This document shows positions 14,075-26,283 of a DNA stretch of 64,000 nucleotides, one piece after another. Source of the stretch: Octopus vulgaris (taxonomy: Eukaryota). The DNA lies in NCBI GenBank assembly GCA_951406725.2, contig OX597818.1:80042001-80106000 (forward strand), read 5' to 3'. The translations under genes and the position numbers were made by a program. The first letter of the stretch is position 1; the number at the start of each line of letters is the position of its first letter. The notes under the pieces are model-generated. The model was not told where the DNA came from. It did not search any database and was given only the letters and a program-made list of their open reading frames with translations.

Positions 14075-14759
14075 GTAAGACGGTCTCTTGTTTGTGTTTT
14101 ATGTTTTTTTGTTGTTGTTGTTGTTGTTGTTTTATGTCTGTTTGTTTTGTATTACTGCTAATGTCTGAGTTTTAATGTTAGCCATTTTTACATCCGTTTG
14201 CTTGTTTGTGACCAGCAGTATTCCTGTTATTGTTATTGTTACTATTATGGATCCTCTTATTTGGGGACGGGTAGGCCCTGATTCAGCAGATAAAAGGATA
14301 AAGCTCCTTCTGGAGTCAAATAGGCTTATAGGGTTAGTTTCCCAGATTCTCTGGTGTATATACTCCTCACTGGACAAGAAGCTGTTCCGTCGCAAGATTA
14401 CCGGCTGAGTGGACTGGAGCAATGTGAAATGAAGAACAAAACGCATCCCCTGGTCGAGGAATCAAAACCACAATCTTACAAGTATGAGACGCACCTCCAC
14501 ACTCTGACTCAGCAGACCTAAAATCAAAAGCGTTCCAGTTGTGACCATCACATTTGTCTCTCTTTCAAAAAATATATGGAAGTAAACATTGTGATGTGCT
14601 TTTCCCTTTTAAAGGTGGATTTTGTAAGAGACTTGTTTCCCATTCCTTTAATTTGTATTGTTGTTGTTGGTGTTGTCGATGTTGCTGTCAACTGTTGTTG
14701 TTGTTGCTGGTGCTGTTGTTGCTGTTGTTGTTGCTGCTGCTGCTGCTGCTGCTCAGTGT

Positions 14760-15085
14760 GAAGGTGCGCGGCTTAGTGGTTAGGGGCATTTGGCTCACGA
14801 TCGTAAGGCCGTGAGTTCCATTCCCAGCGGTACGTTGTGTCCATGAGAAAGACGCTTTACTTCATGTTGCTCCAGTTCACTCAACTGGCAAAAATGAGCA
14901 GTGCCTATATTTCAAAGAGACCAGCCTTGTCACATTTTGTGTCTCGCTGAATCTCCCCAAGAACTACGTCAAAGATGCGCGTGTCTGAGGAGTTCTCAGC
15001 CACTTGCACGTCGATTTCACGCGGAGGCTCTTCAGTTGATTGTACAAACTGGAACCCACCTCGTCGTAACCGACGGAGTGCCAGT
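14760..15085 (+). mobile_element. tRNA-derived SINE family C
   Basis: GGCTTAGTGGTTAGGG A-box, GAGTTCCATTCC B-box, TTGCTCCAGTTCACTCAACTGGCAAAAATGAG core; related copies at 58642-58910 (+), 29070-29305 (-) and 48470-48843 (-). Confidence 0.8.
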
Positions 15086-15117
15086 TGTTGTTCTTGTCAT
15101 TGATGATGATGATGACG

Positions 15118-15150
<33 letters not shown>

Positions 15151-16039
15151 TTATTGTTGTTTCATGAAATCAAAGATTTGTCTGAAATACCTGTGTCAGA
15201 CGTTCTTAAGATTTTGAAGTGTCTTCAATGAAAGACTGAAGTGAATGCTGGTTTCTACTTCAAACTTTCAACTAAGTCCAATGCAGTATTTTCTGTATTC
15301 CCTTGTCTTCATCATCATCATTATCATGGTTTAACGTCCACTTTTCCATGCCTGCATGAGTCAGACGGAATTTGTTGAAGCAGACTTTCTCCACGGTCGA
15401 ATACACTTCCTGTTTCCAAGCAAAGTAAATGTTTCCTCATGGACTGATATGTTCACCATAGAAGACTGGAAATGATGTTCATTTACAACTACCACGTGAT
15501 GTCAAGATATCATGCATACCTACATACACACGTGTGCGCTCGCGCTCGCGCACATAAATATATTTCCTTCAGCTTCCGTCTACCAAATCCATTCACAATG
15601 TGACCTGGGGCTATTGTAGAAAACATTTGCCCAAGGTGCTGTGCAGTGGGACTGAAACCAAGACCAAATGGTTAGAAAGCAAGCTTCTGAACCACACATC
15701 CAATGCTGCACCTATTTAAATTACGCCTGTCGTCTATTTTATTTAGTGAAGTTCATACAAACAGGGTGTCGTATTTTTTTCAGTTTGGTACCACTCGAAT
15801 TTAAGAACATTGCAACTTAGAACTATTATTGTTTATTGTTGTTATAGTTTAGCCCCAGGCCAACCTTGATCCAGCAGGCCTACTGCTGTTTCTACATCAT
15901 TTAGTGAAAGAACATTATCCGAACTAGCCACTTCTAAAAATGGTAGCATGTTACTTGAGAGAGAACTGGTTGCAATTTCCATTATGTAGAATCCTCTACC
16001 ACACCCTTGTTTGTTCTAGTTTATTACTTGTTATTAGAA

Positions 16040-16040
16040 T

Positions 16041-16117
<77 letters not shown>

Positions 16118-16118
16118 G
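16040..16118. repeat. (TTG)n microsatellite
   Basis: Direct inspection. Confidence 0.95.
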
Positions 16119-16557
16119 GAGTCGTCATCACATTGGGTATTTTGTTATTGTAGTTTATTGTAACTGAAACAGTTTTTATATCGTTGTTATTAATATCATT
16201 GTCAACATTAATTTGATTTGTGTTTTTCCCGGTTGTCATCAGAACTGTCAATGTTTGCTTCTCTGGTGTCTAACTCCTTAAACCTAATACAGATGAAATC
16301 AGAGATCCATTTCACAAAACCAGATCTATAATTCCACAATCAAATACTATACCCTAATATTTTCCAGACGATCATTGCTTTCTTCTTAAATTCTAAATTC
16401 TAGGTTTTGTCAACGTAACGCTGACTGGCGTAATATTTTATTACAGCATAATATTGAGAATATATATATATATATATATGAATAAAATGTAAGATCCCCA
16501 TGAATATGTTATACCATAAGCCATATTCGAAAAGCCACAGCCACATTTACTATAAAC

Positions 16558-17082
16558 CAACGATCCCCTACCTTTTTTTGCACTACAAACCGGTTTCATG
16601 CAAGAGAATTTTTCCACGGACCGGAGAATCATGCGAATAACAAAACACAGGAAAGTGCATTTATATTATAATGGAGAAAACTGCGTATTAATTAGATATA
16701 TAACAATTACTAAAAGTACTAAAAGAAAGCAATTATTAAAGGGTTCTAAGAAATTTCCTATAATTTCGATTTCTCAAGTTTTATTGAATTTTTTTAAGTC
16801 CAATTTCTCGCAAATTTAAAATGTTCGTTGCATTCACTGTGTCTGATTCTTCGCAAATTTAAATACTCATTACATTTACTGTGGAGCATTCCATTTTCAT
16901 TTACATAGTCTCTCACTTTCTCTTTTAAGTTTTCATTCTCTATTTGGAAAACCGACAGTTTATTCTATCAATGTATACGTAATGTAAAAACATCATTTAT
17001 TGAAAGAAAATTTTAAAATACCCGTATAAGTTTTGAACATGAGATAGCTGTGAGAGGAGCTTAGAAAGTTGGGTAATTACTA
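16558..17082. mobile_element. hAT-Charlie-like non-autonomous element
   Basis: Left end CAACGATCCCCTACCTTTT; degenerate right end AAAGTTGGGTAATTACTA; preceded by an 8-mer with central TA (CTATAAAC). Confidence 0.5.
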
Positions 17083-17270
17083 TTAGAAGACGAAGAGAAA
17101 AGGAAAAGTTACCGACAAGTACTCGAAACTTGTACCTTATTCACAGTTTCCAAACACTCTGTACCACTAAGCCAATATATACACAAACACGTTGCACGAG
17201 CGACTTCAACAGCGACACACTCGCGCACACACATAGTTACACATACACACAAATGATAGGCAATGTGTGT

Positions 17271-17347
<77 letters not shown>

Positions 17348-17467
17348 GTTCACTGACAAAACTTCGTGCTACATCACTTTTGTGAAGTTTTGTCAGTGAA
17401 TAGGTTGCGGTTTCAAGGAGACAAAAATATTTTGATACAGATGAATTTTTAATGCTGAAGTGAAACT

Positions 17468-17648
17468 GGAACTACTTAAATACAGAGGTACTACATAAAT
17501 ACCGGTGTTACGTACAAAACACTTTAAATATACGCTGTGTGGACGTGTAATGACACCTTAACCTTAACCTTAAAAACAACCCTAAAACTAACCCTCCCCT
17601 TCATATCGTTGTGTAGATGCATCGGGACCTCTGTACTTAAGTAGTGCC
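17468..17648. mobile_element. Merlin-like MITE with perfect 8-bp TSD
   Basis: TIRs GGAACTACTTAAATACAGAGGT / ACCTCTGTACTTAAGTAGTGCC; GTGAAACT on both sides (17460-17467 and 17649-17656). Confidence 0.8.
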
Positions 17649-18608
17649 GTGAAACTAAAGGCTTTTGTGTGTTCTTGAATGACTTACAAACATCTACGTT
17701 GCAATTGTTTTTGTTTCAGCACACGATCTCAGATTGAGTCACTTACTATGCAAGTACATCTCCGTATATTTTTTTTAACCGTTGTGGATGAATGCCAGCA
17801 ATGACCTTCCCAGGCTTTCCAATATTTTAATTTCTAAACAGAAACAATCGGGGGCAGGGAGCGAAGCTACAATAAATTCATAATTTCTCAAATTTTCTTT
17901 TTTATAGCATATAAATGTATTTATGGGTTGAAAATATTGAAAACCATCAATACATGCGAGAATGATAAAGAAACGAGGAGAGTTGTCTTTGGGTTGCTAG
18001 AAACAACAGCCAAATCGCCCTTAAATCACTCACTTTTCCCTCTGAAAATATTAGAATTTTTTACCGAAAACGCTCTTCCCATGATTTTGAAGTGCAAAAA
18101 AAATTGGCCAAAATAGGTTCGGGGTGTAATGATGAGGGAGGGAGTGTAAAAAGAAAAAAAGTCTTCAAAACTTTTTTCATACGAAGATGCAACCCCCCGC
18201 CCACAACCCCATCATTTCAAACGCTGTGGCTTTTAAAAAAATAGGGAAAATCCCCGAAAAAATTTTCCCCACAAATTTCTTTATAATTGCAATCAATACC
18301 ATTTGAAAGGGATTTGTATAATATTTCATTAAAAGATACCCATATGAGGGAAAAAAGTGAGACCATGTGAATTTTCCAAAACTCCTCTCTCCACCGCCTC
18401 AGAAATATTTTCCTATAAATCCCTATATGTTCTGAAGCCACAACATCTAAGCGGTATTTGTAGAAAAGTATGTTAAAATGCATCCATTTTTCTAGATGTT
18501 GTGAGGCAACAAAATCGGGGGCGTATACATCTGCAGTAATGCCCTTTTATTTATACGATTTTTTAATTTCTTGTTTATTTCATTCATTGTTTGCAATATT
18601 CTTTCTCC

Positions 18609-18697
<89 letters not shown>

Positions 18698-19019
18698 CAA
18701 ACCTTACAGATGGGCTGCTGAATTGAAATCTCTATGTTGCTTTGAGGGAAAGGTAAAACTTGACAAACTGCTTCTCCCTCTGTTGTTAGACTACCGTGAT
18801 GTTTGTTTAAAATGAGTGATTATGGCTATGATAGAATAATGAAAGCAATATTTACTAAGCAAGTGAGCACTATTATGCAAAGAAATAATTAGACGTAAAA
18901 TATAAAAATTATTTGAATTGGGAATCAAATGTGAAAATATTATCTACTAGGTATCAGAAAACCGTCCGGAGGGCGATCTTTCTGCTAGTAATATATAATT
19001 TAATTATTACATATATTAT

Positions 19020-19423
19020 ATATATATATAACTCAACTTGTGTGTCTGTGCGTGTATCTGTGTGTGTGTCTGTGTGTTTAACTTCCCGGCACATCTCCTC
19101 CTAGAAATCAAATCGTAGAACCACCAAAAATGGGTCACTTAAAGTTTAGGCGAATGAAAATTTTACTGCGCTATTTCTGTTCCGAAATTCATCTCGCAAG
19201 TGCAAAAATCGATAATGTGTTTGTTTAGGCCTTATCCCATGCATTGGATAGTGAACTTTACTCAGTCAGCTGTTTGACGTGAACTGTGTTCACCACGCGT
19301 GCAAGCATGCGTAAATTGCATGAAAAATAAAAAATCAAGATATAAAAACGAATCGTCGTAAACATTGTAGAATTTTAGCAAAGAAATTAATTTTCGGGAT
19401 GTAGCCTGGAGGGTTTTTTCGTA

Positions 19424-19495
<72 letters not shown>

Positions 19496-19758
19496 TATGA
19501 TAAAAGAAGGCTAACTCTTCCTTCCGTAGAAGAAAAAATTCAAATCGGACCATGTTAACACCAAAAATTATTTACATCAAAAAAGTGCCTTTTTTCTATG
19601 AAAATCCTATTTTTTACGATGTTTTGACTGCTGTGTCGCCATTTTTCGGTGTATTTCACTTAAAGAGAATAACAAGCTACATACTGCCAAATGTTTACTG
19701 TTCAAAAATTCCAATTCTAAAGAGTCTAAACAAACCGCAACGCCGGGCGATACTGCTA

Positions 19759-19759
<1 letters not shown>
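19020..19759 (+). mobile_element. Helitron remnants
   Basis: Ends CCGCAACGCCGGGCGATACTGCTAG|T; the 3' part matches 44687-45075; another Helitron-type CTAG end lies at 18985-18988. Confidence 0.65.
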
Positions 19760-19801
<42 letters not shown>

Positions 19802-20266
19802 GCTGAAACACCCTTTAGACTGCAATAGTCAATGAAATTTTAAAATTTATATTTTCTGTGCGGCCCGTAGCAAATAATCTGGAAAATATTTCCCCAAGAT
19901 AGGTATCAACTGTTAAGTTAGCCCCATAGTAATACAGTAAAAAAAAAAAGGATCATAGGAGATTATTTATTTGTCAAATTAGGTCACGATGAACGACGAT
20001 GATAGTTTAGGAGTCGCTGCATTTGAGAACCACTATATTTACGGTCGCCAAACCTGAGCACATTATTTGAAATAATATCTTAGTAGTAAACAATATTATT
20101 CCCCGTACGATTGTTAATGAAAGTCTCATTCTCTTAAGAAATTGCTTTCATTCGTTAAATACCTGACGAAAGCTTTACACGAGTTATGGAATCTATGAAA
20201 GTATTTCAATTAAGTCATAATTTATTAATCTTATTAATCTATAACTACTGTTCTTTCTTTCTCCAG

Positions 20267-20428
20267 CGATCTGTGGACCTGGTCATTTCTATGATGTGGA
20301 AAGTGAAAGCTGTAAAGACTGTCCAATTGGCTTTTACCAATCAGAAAGCAGCCAAAATTTCTGCATTCCTTGTCCCGGAGACACAACCACAGATGGAGGA
20401 AACAGTAAGAACAGTTCCGACTGCAAAA
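20267..20428 (+). CDS. SCUBE: SCUBE exon, Cys-rich repeat 3
   Basis: ctccag|...|gtaagt; ICGPGHFYDVESESCKDCPIGFYQSESSQNFCIPCPGDTTTDGGNSKNSSDCK; phase 1 to 1. Confidence 0.95.
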
Positions 20429-20783
20429 GTAAGTTACTATTTTGGGCGGATTTTCTGAACTTTTCTTAAATTTTTTTCTCGCCATTCTGGTTCAAAAGAC
20501 AAACCCATGGCATCTTAAAAATTACCGGAGAGTCTGGGTTTTTTTCTTCTTTTTTTACTATTCTCAATTATTCCTTCGTTAAAAATCCTAAACAAAAATT
20601 ACATTTCTGCTATTACTAGTTGTTTCAAATCTTGGTACAAGGCGAGAAGTTTGGGTAGGGGTGGTAATCGATTACATCGACCCCAGTACTTGACGAGTAC
20701 TGTAATTTGTCGATTGATAAGTGAACTGACATCTTATATGTTGAATTAGAACCCAACGTGTGATCAAGAAAGTTACACACGCA

Positions 20784-20846
<63 letters not shown>

Positions 20847-20897
20847 TCATGTTGTAGTTGAAGGCAGTCATATTAATTTTTTTCTCTTTTGTCCTAG

Positions 20898-21095
20898 ATC
20901 GGAAATGTGGAGGTTACATCGGACTTTTACGGGGTAGATTAGAAAGCCCAAATTATCCCGGGGATTACCCTAACAATGTCAACTGCACCTGGTTTATCAA
21001 ACCAGGAAAAGGTCGACGCATTCTCATCATCATTCCAGAAATATTTCTACGAGCAGAAGACAAATGTGGAGATCAATTGGTTATGAGAAAATCAA
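20898..21095 (+). CDS. SCUBE: SCUBE exon, CUB domain N-half
   Basis: cctag|...|gtaaga; RKCGGYIGLLRGRLESPNYPGDYPNNVNCTWFIKPGKGRRILIIIPEIFLRAEDKCGDQLVMRKS. Confidence 0.97.
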
Positions 21096-21450
21096 GTAAG
21101 AATTTTACTTTCCTACAGAATTGTTAATGTTTGCTTCCCTTTACTTCTTGTATTCTTAATCCCAACACAGTCTCAGTCTAGCTGCAAGAATGTCGGGTCA
21201 AAACTATTACATTTTCGTTTTGAACAGTGAACTGTAATCTATGAGTTTAATTATTTTATTTCGTTCAATGTTAATATCTCAGCTAATGAGCTGACCTAAT
21301 TACTTAATCTACATATTTCACTTCATATTTGTATCTATGTACATATATATATATATGCGTGTGTGTGTGTGTGTGTGTGCGTGTGTATGTGTGTGTGTAT
21401 GTGTGTGTGCATGTATTTGAAAATGTATGTGTGTGTTTCTAATACTAAAC

Positions 21451-21481
<31 letters not shown>

Positions 21482-21630
21482 CGTATGTCTACATGAATAT
21501 AAATATGTATATGCATATATGTGTGTGTATATATATATATATACATATACATATATACATATATATATACATATACATACATATATATATATATACATAT
21601 ACATACATATATATATATATTTGTATATAA

Positions 21631-21674
<44 letters not shown>

Positions 21675-23109
21675 AGATAGGGAAAGAGAAAGAGACCCTT
21701 CGGTTACAAATGACCACGAGATTGCACCTGGAAAGTTCTCCACCTAGGCACAAGTCCAGGCAAGGTTGATTATGGAAGGCCAGCTGTCGCCCATGAACAC
21801 CAGCCTCTCCTCTCCACACCATCGATGTTGTCCAAAAGAAAGGCAAGGCCTGATACAGCTTGATTTAGATAGCGATGGTTTCAAAGTAAACAGATGAGCA
21901 GTATTTTTCTTCTGAAGAGTGACCAACAAACCATGAAACGTATAAGGGTAAATCTTCAAAATATATTTACATTTTTTGAAGTTGTACAATGGAGACTTTA
22001 GATTGCAATTAATTAAATTTATTTTAGTTTTTCTAACACATAGTGTATTATACACAAAATAATCATATATGAATATATGTTTTCCGAGTGAAGGCGCATA
22101 GCTAAGATGTTGCGTTCTTGATTGCCAGATCTTGGCTTCGATTTCTGGCCCGGGTTCTACATTGTGTTCTGGTGCAAAGCACTTCATTTTACCTTGCTCT
22201 AGTCCACTCAGCTGTAAATAAGTAACCCTGCGATGAACTGATATTCTGTTCGGGGGAAATGCTGTTACCTTGGTCACTTATACGCCATGGAAGCCGGGTA
22301 ACCGGCCCTATGACTGCTAGAACCCGTAACAGTAGCGTACAGGTGTTACCTTCACCCTTTATCTATATTTCTCGATTACTAAGACAGAGAGTGAGAGAGA
22401 AGAACGGAAAGAGAGAGAGAGAGAGAGAAAGTTTGTTAATGTCTATCAACATCGTCATCATTCATCATTCTCATTTAACATCTGTTTTTTAAGTTGGCAC
22501 GGGTTAGAAGGTTTGACAGGATCCGGCAAGGCGCAGGGTTATGCCAAACTCCAATGTCGAACTTCAGTGTGTTTTCTTGTACCACCCGCACTAGTGAGGT
22601 CGCCAAGCAACTTGCAAGACAAGAAAAGAACATTGAAAAGGGGAAAAGCTCTCTCGAATAACGGGGGATTTGTTTTATGCCGCGTGTTGAGAGACTAATT
22701 AACAAAATAATAAATGAAATTAAAGTCTTTGCGTAGATATTCTATGTTTCATGTTTGAAGGCACACATTACACAATTAAATCATGTCTACAAAGGAGTTT
22801 CTACTGCACAGCTATGATAGAAATAGCAGCCAAGTCTCCCTTAAATCATTATCCAACTACCTTATAAAATGAAGGATAGATTGGATAAAGTAGCCTGAAA
22901 TGCACTATCTGAAAAAAGACAAGACGCTCACAGATGGAACTCTTTTTATTAGAGGCCTACTTTATTACGGCCGACACTTGGCTACATGACAACAGGAACA
23001 AATAAGTTGGTTAATATTTCAGTGCTCGACTCGACGGACTTGTTCGAATTGAACTTTAAGAACAGAATAAACGGCACACAATTGTATTTGCTTTCATCTT
23101 GTATTGAAC

Positions 23110-23930
23110 AAATATACGTATTTTAAATATCTCTGTGAAAAATCTGTTTATCTAAAATACTTATGAGAAAATTCTATTTATTTCAAAAAAAAATCTATTT
23201 ATTTAAAATATTTATTGAGAAAAATTCATTTAAAGTAACAATTAGAAAAATCTATCTATTAATAGAAATATCTGAGAAAAAACTATTTATTTAAAATGTC
23301 TCTGAGAAAAATTCTATTTAAAATATTTACGAGAATAATCCATACATTTGAAATAACTTATTTATTTCAAATAAAACAAACTTATTTATTCAACATCTCT
23401 CAAAGAAAAAAATCTATTTATTTATAATATTTATGAAAGAAATTTATTCTTTTAAAATATCTTTGAGAAAAAAAAATCTATTTATTTCAAATATATCAGA
23501 GAAAAATTTATTCAAGATATCTCTGGGAAAATCTATTTATTTATAACGTTTCTAAGAAAATATCTATTTATTTATAATATTTATGAGAAAAATCTATGTA
23601 TTTAAAAATATCCCTGAGAAAAAAATCGATTTATTTAAAATATATCTGAGAATTTATTCATTTAAAATATTTATGAGAAAAATCTATTTATTTACAATAT
23701 CTATGATAGAAAAAGTTATCAATAGAGAATATCTCTCAGAAAAAAATGTATTTGTTTAAAAAGGAGATCTAGTTATTTAATATATTTCTGCGAGAAATTT
23801 ATATATATCTGTGCGAAAAATTTATTCATTTACAATTTCTCTCAAAGCAAAACTCTATTTATTTAAAATATCTATGAAAAAAACTATTTATTCAAAATAT
23901 TGAATGAAAAAAAATCTATTTCTGTTATAT
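23110..23930. repeat. Degenerate AT-rich ~30-33-bp minisatellite
   Basis: Recurring AAATATCTCTGAGAAAAATCTATTTATTTA, roughly 25 copies. Confidence 0.85.
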
Positions 23931-23941
23931 ATTTAATTCAG

Positions 23942-24094
23942 AATCGGCATTTTCTCTACAAACTCACGTGACATGTGTTAGCACAGAAAGACCTCAAGCA
24001 TACGTTGCCCGGTCCAGAAATTTATGGATTACTTTCAAAACAGATCAGAAAAATACAGGCGCAGGTTTTTCTATACCATATGTAACTTACAATG
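23942..24094 (+). CDS. SCUBE: SCUBE exon, CUB domain C-half
   Basis: ttcag|...|gtaagt; SAFSLQTHVTCVSTERPQAYVARSRNLWITFKTDQKNTGAGFSIPYVTYN. Confidence 0.95.
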
Positions 24095-24933
24095 GTAAGT
24101 AAAATCAACTTTCTGCACTTCTATTCAGTATTTTTGCTTTCGTTTGGATTTTTATTATTATTTTTTTTAGATGGCTACGAGGTTAAGAAGCCTGCTTTGA
24201 AACCACGTGGTTTCGGGTTCAGTCCCACTGCGGGACAACTTGAGCTGATGTCTTCTATGACAGTCCCGGGCCGACCAATACTTAATGAGTGAATCTGATT
24301 GACGGAAATTGTGTGGATGCCCGTCGTGTGTGTATGTGTGTGTCTGTGTGTGTCTGTGTGTGTGCGTGTGTTTGTGTCTGTGTTTGTCTCCCGCACCGCT
24401 TGAAGATTGGCGATGGTTTGCTTACGACCCATAACTTAGCAATTCAGCAAAATAACCGACAGAATATCAGACTTAGAAAGAAAAATAGGCATTGGTTCGA
24501 TTTGTTCAACTAAAAACCTTGAAGGCGGTGCTCCAGCATGGAAGTAACCCAATGATTTAAACAGTGGAATGAAAATGAAAAAAGAATTCATCATGAGAAA
24601 TTTAGACATAAAGACACCTCCCATTTAATTTTTATCATTTTTTTTTCTAATGTTTGTTTGTTTTTCACTAAGAGAAAGAACGGTAGCTGTTATGATCCTT
24701 TACAAGTCCCATAAGACTTGAAGGGAGTTTCCGTCACACCAATGACCTGATGTTTGCACCAGAGTGAAAACTACTTTGCTAAATATTCTCAACGACTAGG
24801 TGGTGGTGTTAAACAGAGTGAAGGATTAAATCTATCAGTTCTTTATATATATGTGTGTAGAAATATATTTAACACGTAGACGTAAAAAAGACCTTCATTG
24901 TGAAAATTGCTTCGGGAGAAAATTTTCCTTTGA

Positions 24934-24995
24934 CGTCATCGGACTGCAGGACACGTGTGTTTCTGCTTCGTTATGCATCATCAGTTCCGACAACG
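24934..24995 (-). ncRNA. Putative type-I hammerhead ribozyme, array unit 1
   Basis: Minus: cguugucggaa-CUGAUGA-ugc(auaacgaa)gca-GAAA-cacacgu-GUC-cugcag-uccgaugacg. Confidence 0.6.
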
Positions 24996-25238
24996 AATCC
25001 ACCGTTCATAATCTACTAAGAAACAACCGTTCTTATATTTAAACAGCAAATACCACATTTATCGTTGAGCACAAATCCTGGTCAAACTGGGACGAAGCGG
25101 CATTGATTAGAATCTATATGTGTGCAAATCGTATTTAACAAGTTCGTGGAAAAACCTTTGCTTCGGAAATTTGTCTTGGGAGAAACTTTCTCCGTATAGT
25201 TGATGTGTGTGAAAAAAACATCACTGGTCTGTGAATAA

Positions 25239-25301
25239 GGTCTTTGAACCGCAGGATGCATACATTTCTACGTTGTTACTCGTCATCAGCTCCGAATAAC
25301 G
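25239..25301 (-). ncRNA. Putative type-I hammerhead ribozyme, array unit 2 (more decayed)
   Basis: Minus: cguuauucggag-CUGAUGA-cg(aguaacaa)cgua-GAAA-uguaugc-AUC-cugcgguuc. Confidence 0.5.
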
Positions 25302-25630
25302 AATCCATTGTTCATAACTAAGAAACAGGCGCTCTTTATTTAGCCATAAAATGCTACATTTTCTGTTTTGTGTGCAAATCTTGATCACGCCTGAATAAAT
25401 TAGCCAGAAGCGCACAAAGCATCACTGGTTGAAATATACTCGTGTACAATTATATCTAGCATGCTAGTAGAAAAACCTTTGCTGCAGAAATTGTCTTGGG
25501 AGGAAATTTCTCAAAGCAACACATCACTGATCTCTGAATAACGTAATTGGAGAATGTTTGTGATAATAACACGTTGCACTGCTTTATGTTTTACGTTCAT
25601 AGAAATAACTTTCTGTGAACTTTCGTTGAA

Positions 25631-26055
25631 GGCGGCGAGCTGGCAGAAACGTTAGCACGCCGGGCGAAATGCTTAGCGGTATTTCGTCTGCCGTTACGTT
25701 CTGAGTTCAAATTCCGCCGAGGTCGACTTAACCTTTCATCCTTTCGGGGTCGATAAATTAAGTACCAGTTACGCACTGGGGTCGATGTAATCGACTTAAT
25801 CCGTTCGTCTGTCCTTGTATGCCCCGCCCCCTCTGTGTTTATATATATTGTGGGTAGTAAAGAAATAGGTATTTCGTCTGCCGCTACGTTCTGAGTTCAA
25901 ATTCCGCCGAGGTCGACTTTGCCTTTCATCCTTTCGGGGATCGATTAAATAAGTACCAGTTACGCACTGGGGTCGATATAATCGACTTAATCCGTTTGTC
26001 TGTCCTAGTTTGTCCCCTATGTGTATAGCCCCTTGTGGGCAGTAAAGAAATAAGA
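25631..26055 (+). mobile_element. Young family-A SINE with tandem partial duplicate
   Basis: GGCGGCGAGCTGGCAGAAACGTTAG...GAGTTCAAATTCC...CTTTCATCCTTTCGGGGTCGATAAA; the body repeats from ~25868. Near-identical copies lie at 28499-28730, 30659-30890 and 35410-35700. Confidence 0.9.
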
Positions 26056-26081
26056 AATAACTTTCTTTATGATTTTATTCC

Positions 26082-26132
<51 letters not shown>

Positions 26133-26283
26133 ATGGATTTTAAAAATATAGATATCAATGAAGCATTCAGTTTTAAACGAATTTAGGTAACTATATCAAG
26201 CAATCAGACTCCAATAAATGCAATTAGAATTCACATCCTAGGTAATTCCTCGTGTATGACAAATTTACTACAATAAAGAAATA

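Larger units (their letters stand above)
24850..25545 (-). repeat. Diverged ~270-320-bp tandem array (~2.3 units) carrying hammerhead motifs
   Basis: Landmark AAAACCTTTG..GAAATTGTCTTGGGAGAAA.TTTC at ~24885, ~25150 and ~25471; ACGAATCCA..GTTCATAA..CTAAGAAACA at ~24993 and ~25299. Confidence 0.75.

Noticed and set aside
20157-20210. aaauac-CUGACGA...GAAA-guauuu hammerhead-like match
   Set aside because: No helix III or NUH site and no helix II.
20234-20485. 83-aa antisense ORF over a SCUBE exon
   Set aside because: Shadow of the coding exon with no recognisable motif.
23110-23930. CRISPR-like periodicity
   Set aside because: Eukaryotic context, degenerate contiguous units without unique spacers, and no cas genes.
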